64,000 nucleotides of DNA from Dehalococcoidia bacterium (GTDB taxonomy: Bacteria > Chloroflexota > Dehalococcoidia > Lucifugimonadales > UBA2962), in NCBI GenBank assembly GCA_965116605.1, contig OZ220697.1:1439013-1503012 (forward strand). Reading direction: 5' to 3'. A program made the position numbers and the translations under genes. The notes under the pieces are model-generated. The model searched no databases and was not told where the DNA came from. It saw nothing but the letters and a program-made list of their open reading frames with translations. Within the stretch, counting starts at the first letter, position 1. The number at the start of each line of letters is the position of its first letter. Below, piece after piece: positions 49,580 through 58,423 of this stretch.

Positions 49580-49933
49580 CTAGTGCTTCATCTCGTTTGC
49601 ATCGGATACAAAGACCGTCTCGCGGTTGCGAAACAGCGCTATGACTATGGCCAGACCGAGTGCCACCTCTGCGGCGGCCACGGTGATGATGAAGACCGAG
49701 AAGACCTGCCCGGTAAGGACCAGCCTTGCCGCCTCCTCGAGCGTCCCGACCGACTCGCCCGTCACCGCCCTGGGCAGGACGTAACGTGAGAGCGCCACAG
49801 CCGTGATGTTGACCCCGTTGAACATCAATTCAAGGCACATCAGGACCACGATCGCGTTGCGCTTGGTAAGCGCTCCGAACAGCCCTATGAAGAAGATGAT
49901 CGCCCCGACCAGGAGCATGCTTTCAAGGCCCAT
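49580..49933 (-). CDS. nuoK: NADH-quinone oxidoreductase subunit K
   Basis: LMCLELMFN, GQVF and AAAEVALGLAI motifs. Confidence 0.95.
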   Translation of the reverse strand: MGLESMLLVGAIIFFIGLFGALTKRNAIVVLMCLELMFNGVNITAVALSRYVLPRAVTGESVGTLEEAARLVLTGQVFSVFIITVAAAEVALGLAIVIALFRNRETVFVSDANEMKH

Positions 49934-50494
49934 CTATCGCCGCCTCAACAGGGCCAGGGCGCCCACCACTGCCGCCAGGAGAACGACCGAGGCCACCTCG
50001 AATGCGAGGACGTAGTCGGTTATCAGAAGGCCGGCTATGCCGGGAATCGTGTTGTCGTATACACGGCCGATCTCATCGGCCGCGGCACCGGATATCTCGC
50101 CGCTGGATGACGCCGCCTCGATCAGGACCCAGTCGGTGCTGTAGATGACGAAGGCCACGCAGGCCATGAGGAGACCGGCAATGGCGAGCATCGGGAGCCG
50201 CAGGGCATTGAACGGGCTGCCCTCCTCTACATCCCTGGTGGTGACTACGGCAAAGATGATCAGCACAGAGATCGCCCCCACGTAGATCAGCACCTGCACC
50301 ACGGCCAGGAACTCGGCCCTCATAAGCACGAAAAGGCCGGCTACGCCCAGTAGCGCGACGACCAAGAACAGCGCAGCCCTGAACACGTCCCTGAGGAGCA
50401 CGACGGCCAGGGCCGCCACGACGGTCGAGGCCGCTATCGCCCAGAAGACGATGTCAATTAAGAGGGATGCCTCGGTTCCTGCCCCTAGCTGCAC
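49934..50494 (-). CDS. nuoJ: NADH-quinone oxidoreductase subunit J
   Basis: AEFLAVVQVLIYVGAI and FEVASVVLLAAVVGA motifs; start uncertain. Confidence 0.93.
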   Translation of the reverse strand: MQLGAGTEASLLIDIVFWAIAASTVVAALAVVLLRDVFRAALFLVVALLGVAGLFVLMRAEFLAVVQVLIYVGAISVLIIFAVVTTRDVEEGSPFNALRLPMLAIAGLLMACVAFVIYSTDWVLIEAASSSGEISGAAADEIGRVYDNTIPGIAGLLITDYVLAFEVASVVLLAAVVGALALLRRR

Positions 50495-50576
50495 TACCTG
50501 GCTCCGCCCGCCGCAAGGAGGCGGTCACAAACGGTTTCAGCGGTGCGGCCCAGCGCGATTGATCTGCCCTGAGCGA

Positions 50577-51260
50577 TCACCGCTTCGCCCACCTGGCGCG
50601 CTGGTCATCCAGGGTCGGCCGCTCGTGTCGCCCCGCCGTGGACCACTCGACCTCGCCGGCCGCCCTGTGAGGGTCATAGCGTGCCGCGGCATGCTGGGGA
50701 CGGAACCATGTACTTGGTCGCTTTGGCTCCTTTATCAGCCTGTCCTTGCGGATGACCAGGTCGTTCCGCCTGTACTGGCCCTCCTCGAAGCCGCTGCCCA
50801 TGTGCAGGGCATCGTAAGGGCAGGCCTCAACGCAGAGCCCGCAGAACATGCATCGCCCGATGTCTATATCGAACACATCGAGGTGGTACTTCTGACCCTC
50901 CTGAACCTGCTCTCCAGACTCGCTGGTCACGATCTCGATGATTCCCAGGGGGCAGTATTTGGCGCAGCTGGCGCAGCCGGTGCAGCGCTGTTCGTACCAG
51001 GTGAATTCCTCTCCCCGAAAGCGCGGATGCTGGGGCAGCCTGTCGGAGACCGTGGCAAGACCGGCCATGGCCTTTAGCGCCTCTCCCGGGCGTTTGACCA
51101 GCAGCTGCAGGGGATTGACGCCGTCATGCTTGGCCAGGCCCAGAATGCCCACCCTCCTGTCCGGGTACTGGACCGAGGTCAACCTGCTGGGCAGGATGAG
51201 GTTCTTGGCCGTTACGATCAGCCCTTTTGCCATTCCGATTCCGTACATTTCAGTCGACAT
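50577..51260 (-). CDS. nuoI: NADH-quinone oxidoreductase subunit I
   Basis: Two 4Fe-4S motifs, CTGCASCAKYCP and CMFCGLCVEACP. Confidence 0.93.
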   Translation of the reverse strand: MSTEMYGIGMAKGLIVTAKNLILPSRLTSVQYPDRRVGILGLAKHDGVNPLQLLVKRPGEALKAMAGLATVSDRLPQHPRFRGEEFTWYEQRCTGCASCAKYCPLGIIEIVTSESGEQVQEGQKYHLDVFDIDIGRCMFCGLCVEACPYDALHMGSGFEEGQYRRNDLVIRKDRLIKEPKRPSTWFRPQHAAARYDPHRAAGEVEWSTAGRHERPTLDDQRARWAKR

Positions 51261-52491
51261 CCCTTACGGGCGACTCAGCCGGACGGCCGGCGCCGTACAT
51301 GTTCGCCAGAGGCAGGGCCTGCGGCCGCGGCCTGCGCATCCTGCCCCTGTTCAGCACCCTGGAGAGCACGGCGATCGTCGCAATCGTGCCAGCCCAGTTG
51401 ATGGCTGCCATTATCCACAGATCATTCCTGCTGAGGGTGCCGGTGACATCGTCGCGCAGGACCTGCACCTCCACGGCGATGGCGAAGATGTTAACTATTG
51501 CGAGCGGGAACAGGCCCTTCCAGGCCAGACCCATGATCTGATCCACCCTGAGACGCGGCCATGTCGCCCGAATCCACAGGAAGGCGCAGATCACTATGAA
51601 AGTCTTGATCACGAACCAGATGGTGCCCGGAATGGGACCCCATCCGCGCCAGCCGCTCAAGAACAGCGTCGTCACGATGGCCGCGACTATTATCGGAGCC
51701 ATGAATTCATTCAGCTGGAGGAGTGCGAACTTGATGCCGCTGTACTCGGTGTTGTATCCGGCCCCGAGTTCAGAGTCCGACTCGATCATGTCGAAGGGTG
51801 TGCGGCTCATCTCGGCGGTTGCGGCCGTCACGAACACGAAGAATCCAAGTGGCATAACCAGCAGGAACGGCACGTCCTGAGACAGCACAACCCCCGAGAG
51901 CGATAGTGTCCCCGCCCCTATCGCGACGGCGACTATGGACAGGCCCATCGGAACCTCGTAGCTGACCAGCATCGCCACCCCGCGCATCGCGCCGAACATC
52001 GCGTACTTGTTGCGCGAGGCCCAGCCTGCCATGAAGACGCCAAGGGTATTGACCGAGGTGATGGCCACGATGAAAACCAGCCCCACGTTGAGTTTGCCCA
52101 CAAAGCTTCCGCCGTGCAGGGGCAATACGGAAAAGACTATGAGGGCGGGAACCAGGAACACGATTGGGGCGATGTTGAAGACCAGTCGGTCCGCCCCATC
52201 CGGCACCGTGTCCTCCTTGGAAATCAGCTTGACAAGGTCGGCGATCGGCTGGAGCAGGCCAAACGGACCCCACCGATTGGGCCCCAGCCTCGATTGGAAA
52301 CGGCCCAGCGCGCGGCGCTCGAACCACGTGTAAAGGGCGGTCGAGAGTATCAGGGCATTGAGCACTACCGCGCCCAGAATCAGCGCCGTAATGACGAAGA
52401 CCAGCCAATCCAGGTTCTCCGGCATCAGGTCATCGAAGAAACCGTATATGCCCGTGAAGTCGAATCCTGCGCGCGCCACCGGAGCCTCCAC
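51250..52491 (-). CDS. nuoH: NADH-quinone oxidoreductase subunit H
   Basis: ERR...RLGPN..GPFGLLQPIAD..K, SYEVP and RTPFD..E..SEL..GY motifs. Confidence 0.96.
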   Translation of the reverse strand: MEAPVARAGFDFTGIYGFFDDLMPENLDWLVFVITALILGAVVLNALILSTALYTWFERRALGRFQSRLGPNRWGPFGLLQPIADLVKLISKEDTVPDGADRLVFNIAPIVFLVPALIVFSVLPLHGGSFVGKLNVGLVFIVAITSVNTLGVFMAGWASRNKYAMFGAMRGVAMLVSYEVPMGLSIVAVAIGAGTLSLSGVVLSQDVPFLLVMPLGFFVFVTAATAEMSRTPFDMIESDSELGAGYNTEYSGIKFALLQLNEFMAPIIVAAIVTTLFLSGWRGWGPIPGTIWFVIKTFIVICAFLWIRATWPRLRVDQIMGLAWKGLFPLAIVNIFAIAVEVQVLRDDVTGTLSRNDLWIMAAINWAGTIATIAVLSRVLNRGRMRRPRPQALPLANMYGAGRPAESPVRDVD

Positions 52492-53594
52492 TATCGATCA
52501 ACCTCCCCGAGCACGACATCTATGCTGCCAAATATCACTATCAGGTCGGCGATCTTCCAGCCCACGAGCAATTCTTTAAGCAGGGTGAGGTTGATAAACG
52601 ACGGTGCCCTGATATGCATGCGATAGGGCGATATACCGCCGTCGCTGACGATATAGAACCCGAGTTCCCCCTTCGGAGATTCGGTGCAATCGTACGCGTC
52701 TCCGACCGGCGGCCTGATCACGAAAGGCGCCTCCGTCCTTACCGGGCCGGGTGCGATCTGCTCGACGCACTGCCTGACGATGCGAACGCTCTCCCGCATC
52801 TCAAGTACCCTGACCAGGTACCGGTCGTAGGTGTCTCCAACAACCCCGATCGGCACGTCGAACTCCACCCTGTCGTAGATCTCATGCGGCTCTGCCTTGC
52901 GCAGGTCCCACTCCACGCCGCTCGCGCGCAGCACGGGGCCGGTCACGGATCCCGCGATGGCCCGCTCGGCGCTGATTATGCCCACGTCGCGAGTGCGGGT
53001 GAGGACGATCTCGTTCTCGGTGATCAGGCCCTCGAGTTCGTCCAGATAGCCAGGCATGGTCTCGATGAACTCGTCGAGCCGGGGCCAAAAGTCCTTGGGC
53101 GCATCCTGCAGCACCCCGCCGGGCCTCATGTAGCTGACGGTGATGCGAGCCCCACACAGCATCTCGAACATCTCCAGGATGCGCTCGCGCTCCCGGAAGC
53201 AGTAGATCAGCGGAGTGTGGAAGGCTCCCAGCTCGTCCAGCAAGAAGCCCGTGGAGATCAGGTGGCTCGCGATGCGCTGGAGCTCGGCCGAGATAACCCG
53301 AAGGTACATTGCTCGCTCGGGCACCTCGATCCCGGCAAGCCGCTCAACGGCACGCACGTAGGCGAGGTTGTTGGTCATCGCCGCCACGTAGTCGAGACGG
53401 TCGGTGAGCGTCACGATCTGCACGTAGTTGCGCTCTTCGGCCAGTTTCTCAGTGCCCCTGTGCAGGTAGCCGATCACGGGCTCGACGTCGAGGACGACCT
53501 CGCCATCGAACGTGACCCTTAGTCTGAATACCCCGTGCGTAGAAGGGTGCTGAGGCCCGAGATTGATCGTTACCGGCTCGGTCTTTAGAGGCAT
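52491..53594 (-). CDS. nuoD: NADH-quinone oxidoreductase subunit D
   Basis: NLGPQHPSTHGVFRL, GYLHRG.EK, ESPKGE and D..LGEVDR motifs; ATG 53594; no NiFe CxxC ligands. Confidence 0.96.
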   Translation of the reverse strand: MPLKTEPVTINLGPQHPSTHGVFRLRVTFDGEVVLDVEPVIGYLHRGTEKLAEERNYVQIVTLTDRLDYVAAMTNNLAYVRAVERLAGIEVPERAMYLRVISAELQRIASHLISTGFLLDELGAFHTPLIYCFRERERILEMFEMLCGARITVSYMRPGGVLQDAPKDFWPRLDEFIETMPGYLDELEGLITENEIVLTRTRDVGIISAERAIAGSVTGPVLRASGVEWDLRKAEPHEIYDRVEFDVPIGVVGDTYDRYLVRVLEMRESVRIVRQCVEQIAPGPVRTEAPFVIRPPVGDAYDCTESPKGELGFYIVSDGGISPYRMHIRAPSFINLTLLKELLVGWKIADLIVIFGSIDVVLGEVDR

Positions 53595-53640
53595 TTCAGA
53601 GGGAAGAGAAACCGCTCGCCTGGCAATACGCCTGCGGCTC

Positions 53641-54084
53641 TCAGCGTATGAAGTCCTTGCGAAGCGGATGACCCGGAAAGCCCTCCCACAGGAGTATCCG
53701 CTTGAGGTTGGGATGGTCGGTAAACGATACGCCCATAAGGTCCCAAACTTCCCTTTCCTGAAGGTCCGCGCCGGGCCACACGCCTGTAAGGGAAGGGAAA
53801 GAGGGCGATTCCCGGTCATAGCACCGGGCCTTGAGCACGAAGGTCGTATTCAGGCGCAGGGATCGAAAGTGATAGACCAGTTCAAACCACTCCACGTAGT
53901 CGACCGCCGAGATCGAGTTGAGCATCTGAAGGTCTATCTGCGGGTCGTCCCTGAGGAGCCTTCCGACGCGGACGAGATCGTCTGGGCGCACCCACACGTC
54001 GGTCTGGTTGAACCCGGTCACGACACCGTCCATCTCCGTCTCGATCCTGCCGGCGACCCACTCGCCGGAAAGAGAAATGGACAT
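53641..54084 (-). CDS. nuoC: NADH-quinone oxidoreductase subunit C
   Basis: EREVWDLMG..F..HPNLKRIL...GHPLRKDF motif. Confidence 0.95.
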   Translation of the reverse strand: MSISLSGEWVAGRIETEMDGVVTGFNQTDVWVRPDDLVRVGRLLRDDPQIDLQMLNSISAVDYVEWFELVYHFRSLRLNTTFVLKARCYDRESPSFPSLTGVWPGADLQEREVWDLMGVSFTDHPNLKRILLWEGFPGHPLRKDFIR

Positions 54085-54722
54085 TAACGGCCGGCGGCCT
54101 GGCCCGCGAGTGAATAGCGCTTGATCTTGTCGTGGAGCTGCATGACACCGTACAGGAGGGCGTCAGGCCTGGGCGGGCAACCGGGAACGTAAACGTCCAC
54201 CGGGACGATGTGGTTTACCCCGGGAACGACGCTGTAGGACTCATAGTACGGCCCGCCGCTGGTGGCGCAGACTCCCATCGAGATCACCCACTTCGGTTCC
54301 GCCATCTGCTCGTAGACGCGCTCGATGGCCGGGGCCATCTTCCAGGTCACGGTGCCGGCAACGATCATCAGGTCCGCCTGCCTCGGAGAGGCCCTGAAAG
54401 CCTCCATGCCGAAACGTGCGATGTCGAAACGTGACATCGCGCTTGCCATCATCTCGAAGGCACAGCAGGCCAGACCGAACGACAGCGGCCAGACCGCAGA
54501 CTTGCGCCCCCAGTTGATCAACGCGTCGACGGAGGTCACAGCGAGATTGCGCCGGAGGTCGTCGGGCACCTCTATGAGCGGCTCGGCGATCGGCTCGGTA
54601 TTGTTCGCCTTGAGGCGATTGATGTAGGCGCCCTCCTCGGCGTCGAGGGCGGCCGTAGCAGCATAGAGCGGAATGCGTCCGCCATCGAGATCGATGCGCC
54701 CGGCCTCCGGCCCCATGGTCAT
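54084..54722 (-). CDS. nuoB: NADH-quinone oxidoreductase subunit B
   Basis: [21 protein letters not shown] and VPGCPPRP motifs; ATG 54722. Confidence 0.96.
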   Translation of the reverse strand: MTMGPEAGRIDLDGGRIPLYAATAALDAEEGAYINRLKANNTEPIAEPLIEVPDDLRRNLAVTSVDALINWGRKSAVWPLSFGLACCAFEMMASAMSRFDIARFGMEAFRASPRQADLMIVAGTVTWKMAPAIERVYEQMAEPKWVISMGVCATSGGPYYESYSVVPGVNHIVPVDVYVPGCPPRPDALLYGVMQLHDKIKRYSLAGQAAGR

Positions 54723-54738
54723 TGGACAGCCTCGACGA

Positions 54739-55134
54739 CTAGGTCCATTCCAGGTCTCCCTTGCGAAACGCATAGAGCCAGCCGACGACCAGTATGGCCA
54801 CGAACACCGCCATCTCAATCAGCACGAAGAGACCGAACTGAGTGGAGAGGAATCCGAAGCTTGCCGCCCAGGGGAACAGGAAGACGACCTCGACATCGAA
54901 GATCACGAAGATCAGCGCGAATGTGTAAAAGCGGATGTTGAACCCGCTCCAACGGCCTCCTAGCGTCTCAAAACCGCACTCGTAGATCGCCTTCTTGACC
55001 GGGCTGGGCTTATGGGGTCTGATCTTGAGGACGGACAGGGCCCAGGATGCCATGAGCATGCCTGTCGGTACGGCGACCGCCAACGCCGCGATGATGGATA
55101 TTATTCCGTACTGGCGAAAGTAGTCGTCGAGCAT
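54739..55134 (-). CDS. nuoA: NADH-quinone oxidoreductase subunit A
   Basis: YECG, FVIFDVE..FLFPWA and KGDLEW motifs; ATG 55134. Confidence 0.95.
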   Translation of the reverse strand: MLDDYFRQYGIISIIAALAVAVPTGMLMASWALSVLKIRPHKPSPVKKAIYECGFETLGGRWSGFNIRFYTFALIFVIFDVEVVFLFPWAASFGFLSTQFGLFVLIEMAVFVAILVVGWLYAFRKGDLEWT

Positions 55135-55175
55135 CGGCGTTGAGGGCGCAGGCACGCGCCGCACGCGCGCGGCGC

Positions 55176-55221
55176 ACTATAGCACAGCGCCAAAAAATCT
55201 TTCAAGTGAAAAAATACACAA
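55176..55221 (-). promoter_or_regulatory. nuo promoter (TTGAAA-N18-TATAGT, extended -10) with an overlapping Rex-like operator
   Basis: Minus-strand -35 at 55200-55205 and -10 at 55176-55181; TTGTGTA-TTTT-TTCACTT at 55204-55221 matches 11 of 14 positions of TTGTGAA-N4-TTCACAA. Confidence 0.6.
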
Positions 55222-55245
55222 ACGGCACGTTCACCGACGGCTGTA

Positions 55246-55275
55246 TTGACACGGTTTTCGGCCCGATGCTACGAT
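55246..55275 (+). promoter_or_regulatory. Promoter of the isoprenoid/hopanoid operon (TTGACA-N18-TACGAT, TGn-extended)
   Basis: Perfect -35 at 55246-55251 and -10 at 55270-55275. Confidence 0.65.
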
Positions 55276-55390
55276 CTGGCATCGTAATACTATGTAGTGG
55301 TCTCTGAACCCTTCGACACCTGTACAAACGCCTAAACGCCCAACCTACGTGGGCGGTGCAGAGGCCTCCTCGTAAAAGACCTACCTAACG

Positions 55391-56506
55391 GTGGCAACTT
55401 CCGCTGACAGTACCAACGTGACCGCCGCAAAGGCCGACGCAACCAGTCCGCGCGAACTGCCGCCGATCTTCCACCGGTACCGTCAGGACCTTTCGGACGC
55501 GATCGAGGCGGGTCTGCGCCGCGGCTATGATGCGCCACCGGCGCATCCTCCGGAACCTATAGACGTGTACGGGGTACTGCGCTATGGGATGGGCCGGGCC
55601 GACGCTGCTGGACGGCCCATCGAGGCCGCCACGGGCAAGGCGATGCGGCCGACCCTGTGCCTGTTTGCGTGCGAGGCGACCGGAGGAGACCCTGTCCGGG
55701 CCATGCCCGCGGCGGTTGCGCTGGAGTACGTCCACAACTTCTCGCTCATCCACGACGATATCCAGGACGGCGACGAGACCAGGCACCACAGGCCAACCAT
55801 ATGGAAGATGTGGGGCGTGCCCAGGGCGATCGTCGCGGGCAACGTGCTGCGGACCCTGGCCGACATGGCGCTGTCCGATGCCGCGGCACACGGCCTGACC
55901 GACGACGACGTCCTCGAGCTCAGCGACACGCTGACCGGGGCCTACCTGGAGATGATCGAGGGGCAATTCCTGGACCTGTCATACGAGAGCCGAGGTGACA
56001 TCTCCCTCGACGAATACCTGGGCATGATTGCCCGCAAGACGGGCGCCCTCATCCGCTGCTCACTGGAACTGGGGGCCTACGTGGGCTCTCGCAACCCGGA
56101 AACGGTGGAGGCCTTCCGCCGGTGCGGTCGTGCACTCGGGCTGGTCTTCCAGGTCAAAGACGACGTCCTCGGCGTCTGGGGAGACTCCGATAGCACCGGC
56201 AAGCCAGTCGGAGCGGACGTTCGCCGCAAGAAGAATTCGTTCCCGGTGGTCCACGCCATGGCGAATGCTTCGGGTGCGGACGCCGAGACACTCGAGTACG
56301 TCTATGGAAAGGAAGAGCCGAGCGACGAGGATGTCGACGCCGTGCTCGAGGTCATGCAGCGGCTCGGCACTAGAGGTACGGCCGAGGACCTTACGGAGCG
56401 TCATGCATTACAGGCCCTGGACGCCCTGGCGCCGGTGGAGATGGCGCCAGCCGCCAAGCACCAGGTCGAGGAGCTGGCCCATTTCCTTCTCGTAAGAGAG
56501 CACTGA
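55391..56506 (+). CDS. Polyprenyl (FPP/GGPP) synthase
   Basis: GKAMRP, HNFSLIHDDIQD, GQFLD, KTG and FQVKDD motifs. Confidence 0.93.
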   Translation: MATSADSTNVTAAKADATSPRELPPIFHRYRQDLSDAIEAGLRRGYDAPPAHPPEPIDVYGVLRYGMGRADAAGRPIEAATGKAMRPTLCLFACEATGGDPVRAMPAAVALEYVHNFSLIHDDIQDGDETRHHRPTIWKMWGVPRAIVAGNVLRTLADMALSDAAAHGLTDDDVLELSDTLTGAYLEMIEGQFLDLSYESRGDISLDEYLGMIARKTGALIRCSLELGAYVGSRNPETVEAFRRCGRALGLVFQVKDDVLGVWGDSDSTGKPVGADVRRKKNSFPVVHAMANASGADAETLEYVYGKEEPSDEDVDAVLEVMQRLGTRGTAEDLTERHALQALDALAPVEMAPAAKHQVEELAHFLLVREH

Positions 56507-56596
56507 ACGGGGCCCGGTGGGCCCATAGCCGGGGGAGGCTCAGAGAACCCCTCGGCACAGCACTAAACGACAGAGGACGAGGGGAGGACATAACGG

Positions 56597-57622
56597 ATGA
56601 CAAGACCGATGGAGCTTGCGGTCCGCCTTGGCTGGTATGTGATGAAGAACAAGGCGGCCCGCCGCAAGAAATTCCCCCTGGTGACCATGCTGGAGCCGCT
56701 TGAGGCCTGCAATCTGGCCTGCGAGGGGTGCGGACGCATACGCGAGTATGAGTCGGTAATCGACCGCATGCTCACGGTGGAACAGTGCATGCAGGCCGTG
56801 GAGGACTCGGGTGCCCCCATAGTTTCGATCGCCGGAGGCGAGCCGACGATGCATCCCCAGATCGACGAGATAGTCGAGCGCATCGTCGCCACCAAGCGAT
56901 TCGTTTACATGTGTACCAATGCCCTGCTGATGGAACGGGTCATGAAGTCCATCCCCGCTTCCAAGTACTTCTGCTTCGTCGTCCACATGGACGGCATGGA
57001 AGAGGCCCACGACCGGTCTGTTTACCGCAAGGGCGTATTCAAGATAGCCGTTCGCGCCATGAAGGCCGCGCTGGAAAAAGGCTACCGGGTAACCACGAAC
57101 ACCACGATCTTTAACGGCGTCGACGAAGACGACATGATCGAGATGTTCAAGATGCTCACCGACATGGGCGTCGAGGGCTGCATGGTATCGCCCGGCTACC
57201 AGTTCGATTCGGTGCCCAACCAGGAACTGTTCATATCGCGCCGAAAGGCAAGGGAGGTGTTTACCCGCATTCTGGATCCCAAGCACGGGATCCGGTTCTA
57301 CAACAACCCCCTTTATCTGGACTTCCTTCGGGGCGAACGGGAGTACCAGTGCACCGCCTGGTCGAACCCTACCTACACCGTGTCCGGCTGGCGCGAGCCA
57401 TGCTACCTGCTCGGCGACCGCCACACCGAGCAGTTCGACGAACTGATGTCGGACGAGCTCTGGGAGCGCTATGGCGTCGGTAAAGACCCTCGTTGTGCAA
57501 ACTGCCTTATGCACTGCGGATTCGAGTCGGCCTCAATCTACGACGCCTTTGTCAACCCTGCCGCGGCAGCGAAGATGGTCGTGGGCGGGGCCGTCGGAAA
57601 CAGCGGGCTGGGCGCCGGCTAG
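56597..57622 (+). CDS. hpnH: Adenosyl-hopene transferase (radical SAM)
   Basis: MLEPL..CNLACEGC, IAGGEP, CTAW..P.Y...GW..PCY and CANCLMHCGFE motifs. Confidence 0.93.
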   Translation: MTRPMELAVRLGWYVMKNKAARRKKFPLVTMLEPLEACNLACEGCGRIREYESVIDRMLTVEQCMQAVEDSGAPIVSIAGGEPTMHPQIDEIVERIVATKRFVYMCTNALLMERVMKSIPASKYFCFVVHMDGMEEAHDRSVYRKGVFKIAVRAMKAALEKGYRVTTNTTIFNGVDEDDMIEMFKMLTDMGVEGCMVSPGYQFDSVPNQELFISRRKAREVFTRILDPKHGIRFYNNPLYLDFLRGEREYQCTAWSNPTYTVSGWREPCYLLGDRHTEQFDELMSDELWERYGVGKDPRCANCLMHCGFESASIYDAFVNPAAAAKMVVGGAVGNSGLGAG

Positions 57623-58416
57623 TGATAGGCATCGTGGCCGCCATAGGCAGGGAGATTTCCGACTTTTTGCGGGTCGGGAAGTTCGACCCTGTCAGGGGCC
57701 CGGAGGGCGTCCGCTTCTTCGAGTCGGCCCATCTGCCTAACGTCGTGCTCGCAGAGGGCGGTGCGGGACGGGACAGGGCCCAGCGAGCAACCCGGCTCCT
57801 GGTAGACGAGTACGACCCCGACCTGATCGTGTCTGCCGGATTTGCGGGCGCGGCCAAGCCCGGGGCCAGACCTGGAGACCTTTACGTCTGCAGCCGGATA
57901 CTGGCCCTTTGCGGTCCACCCACCACCTGGGGCAAGGAGGGCCCGATGTCGCGGACCCTGATAGACGAGGGCCTGATGACCAGGCTGTCGGAGGCCATCG
58001 GCGGAGTCGCTGGCGGCTGCGCCTGGGGCGAGTCCGTGACCGTCGATCAGATCGTCCACAGTCGCGCCCTGAAGCGTTGGATAGGTGAGAGCTTCGGTGC
58101 CGACGTCATTGACATGGAGAGCTATTGGGTGAGCGAGGTTGCGGTCGAGCGAGGCCTGCCCCACATGGTCGTCCGCAGCGTAATGGATCCCATGGAGCAG
58201 AACCTGCCCACCTTCGTGACGAAGGCGACCGAGCAGGACAAGTCTAGGACGCTCCGGGGCGGAGCCCGTCACATGCTCGGCAACCCCTCGGACCTGATTC
58301 CCCTGTTCAGGCTGTGGCACCAGGTGCGCCGCGCTAGTCGCCGGCTAGCCGACGCGCTGGCCGCCGTGGTCACCGCCGAAGCGTGGACCCCGGCCTACAG
58401 GCTGGGAACGACCTGA
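57622..58416 (+). CDS. hpnG: HpnG-like nucleoside phosphorylase (adenosylhopane nucleosidase)
   Basis: IGIVAA..RE, IVSAGFAG, IDMES and VRSVMD motifs; GTG overlaps the hpnH stop; lies between hpnH and shc. Confidence 0.75.
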   Translation: MIGIVAAIGREISDFLRVGKFDPVRGPEGVRFFESAHLPNVVLAEGGAGRDRAQRATRLLVDEYDPDLIVSAGFAGAAKPGARPGDLYVCSRILALCGPPTTWGKEGPMSRTLIDEGLMTRLSEAIGGVAGGCAWGESVTVDQIVHSRALKRWIGESFGADVIDMESYWVSEVAVERGLPHMVVRSVMDPMEQNLPTFVTKATEQDKSRTLRGGARHMLGNPSDLIPLFRLWHQVRRASRRLADALAAVVTAEAWTPAYRLGTT

Positions 58417-58423
58417 GGCCGCC

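Noticed and set aside
52491..54722. Group 4 NiFe hydrogenase
   Set aside because: NuoD lacks both CxxC Ni-binding motifs (has RLDY and GEVDR); gene order is complex I-like.
55285..55301. NrdR-box-like AATACTATGTAGTGGT
   Set aside because: Only one good half-site, single copy, and no ribonucleotide reductase gene downstream.
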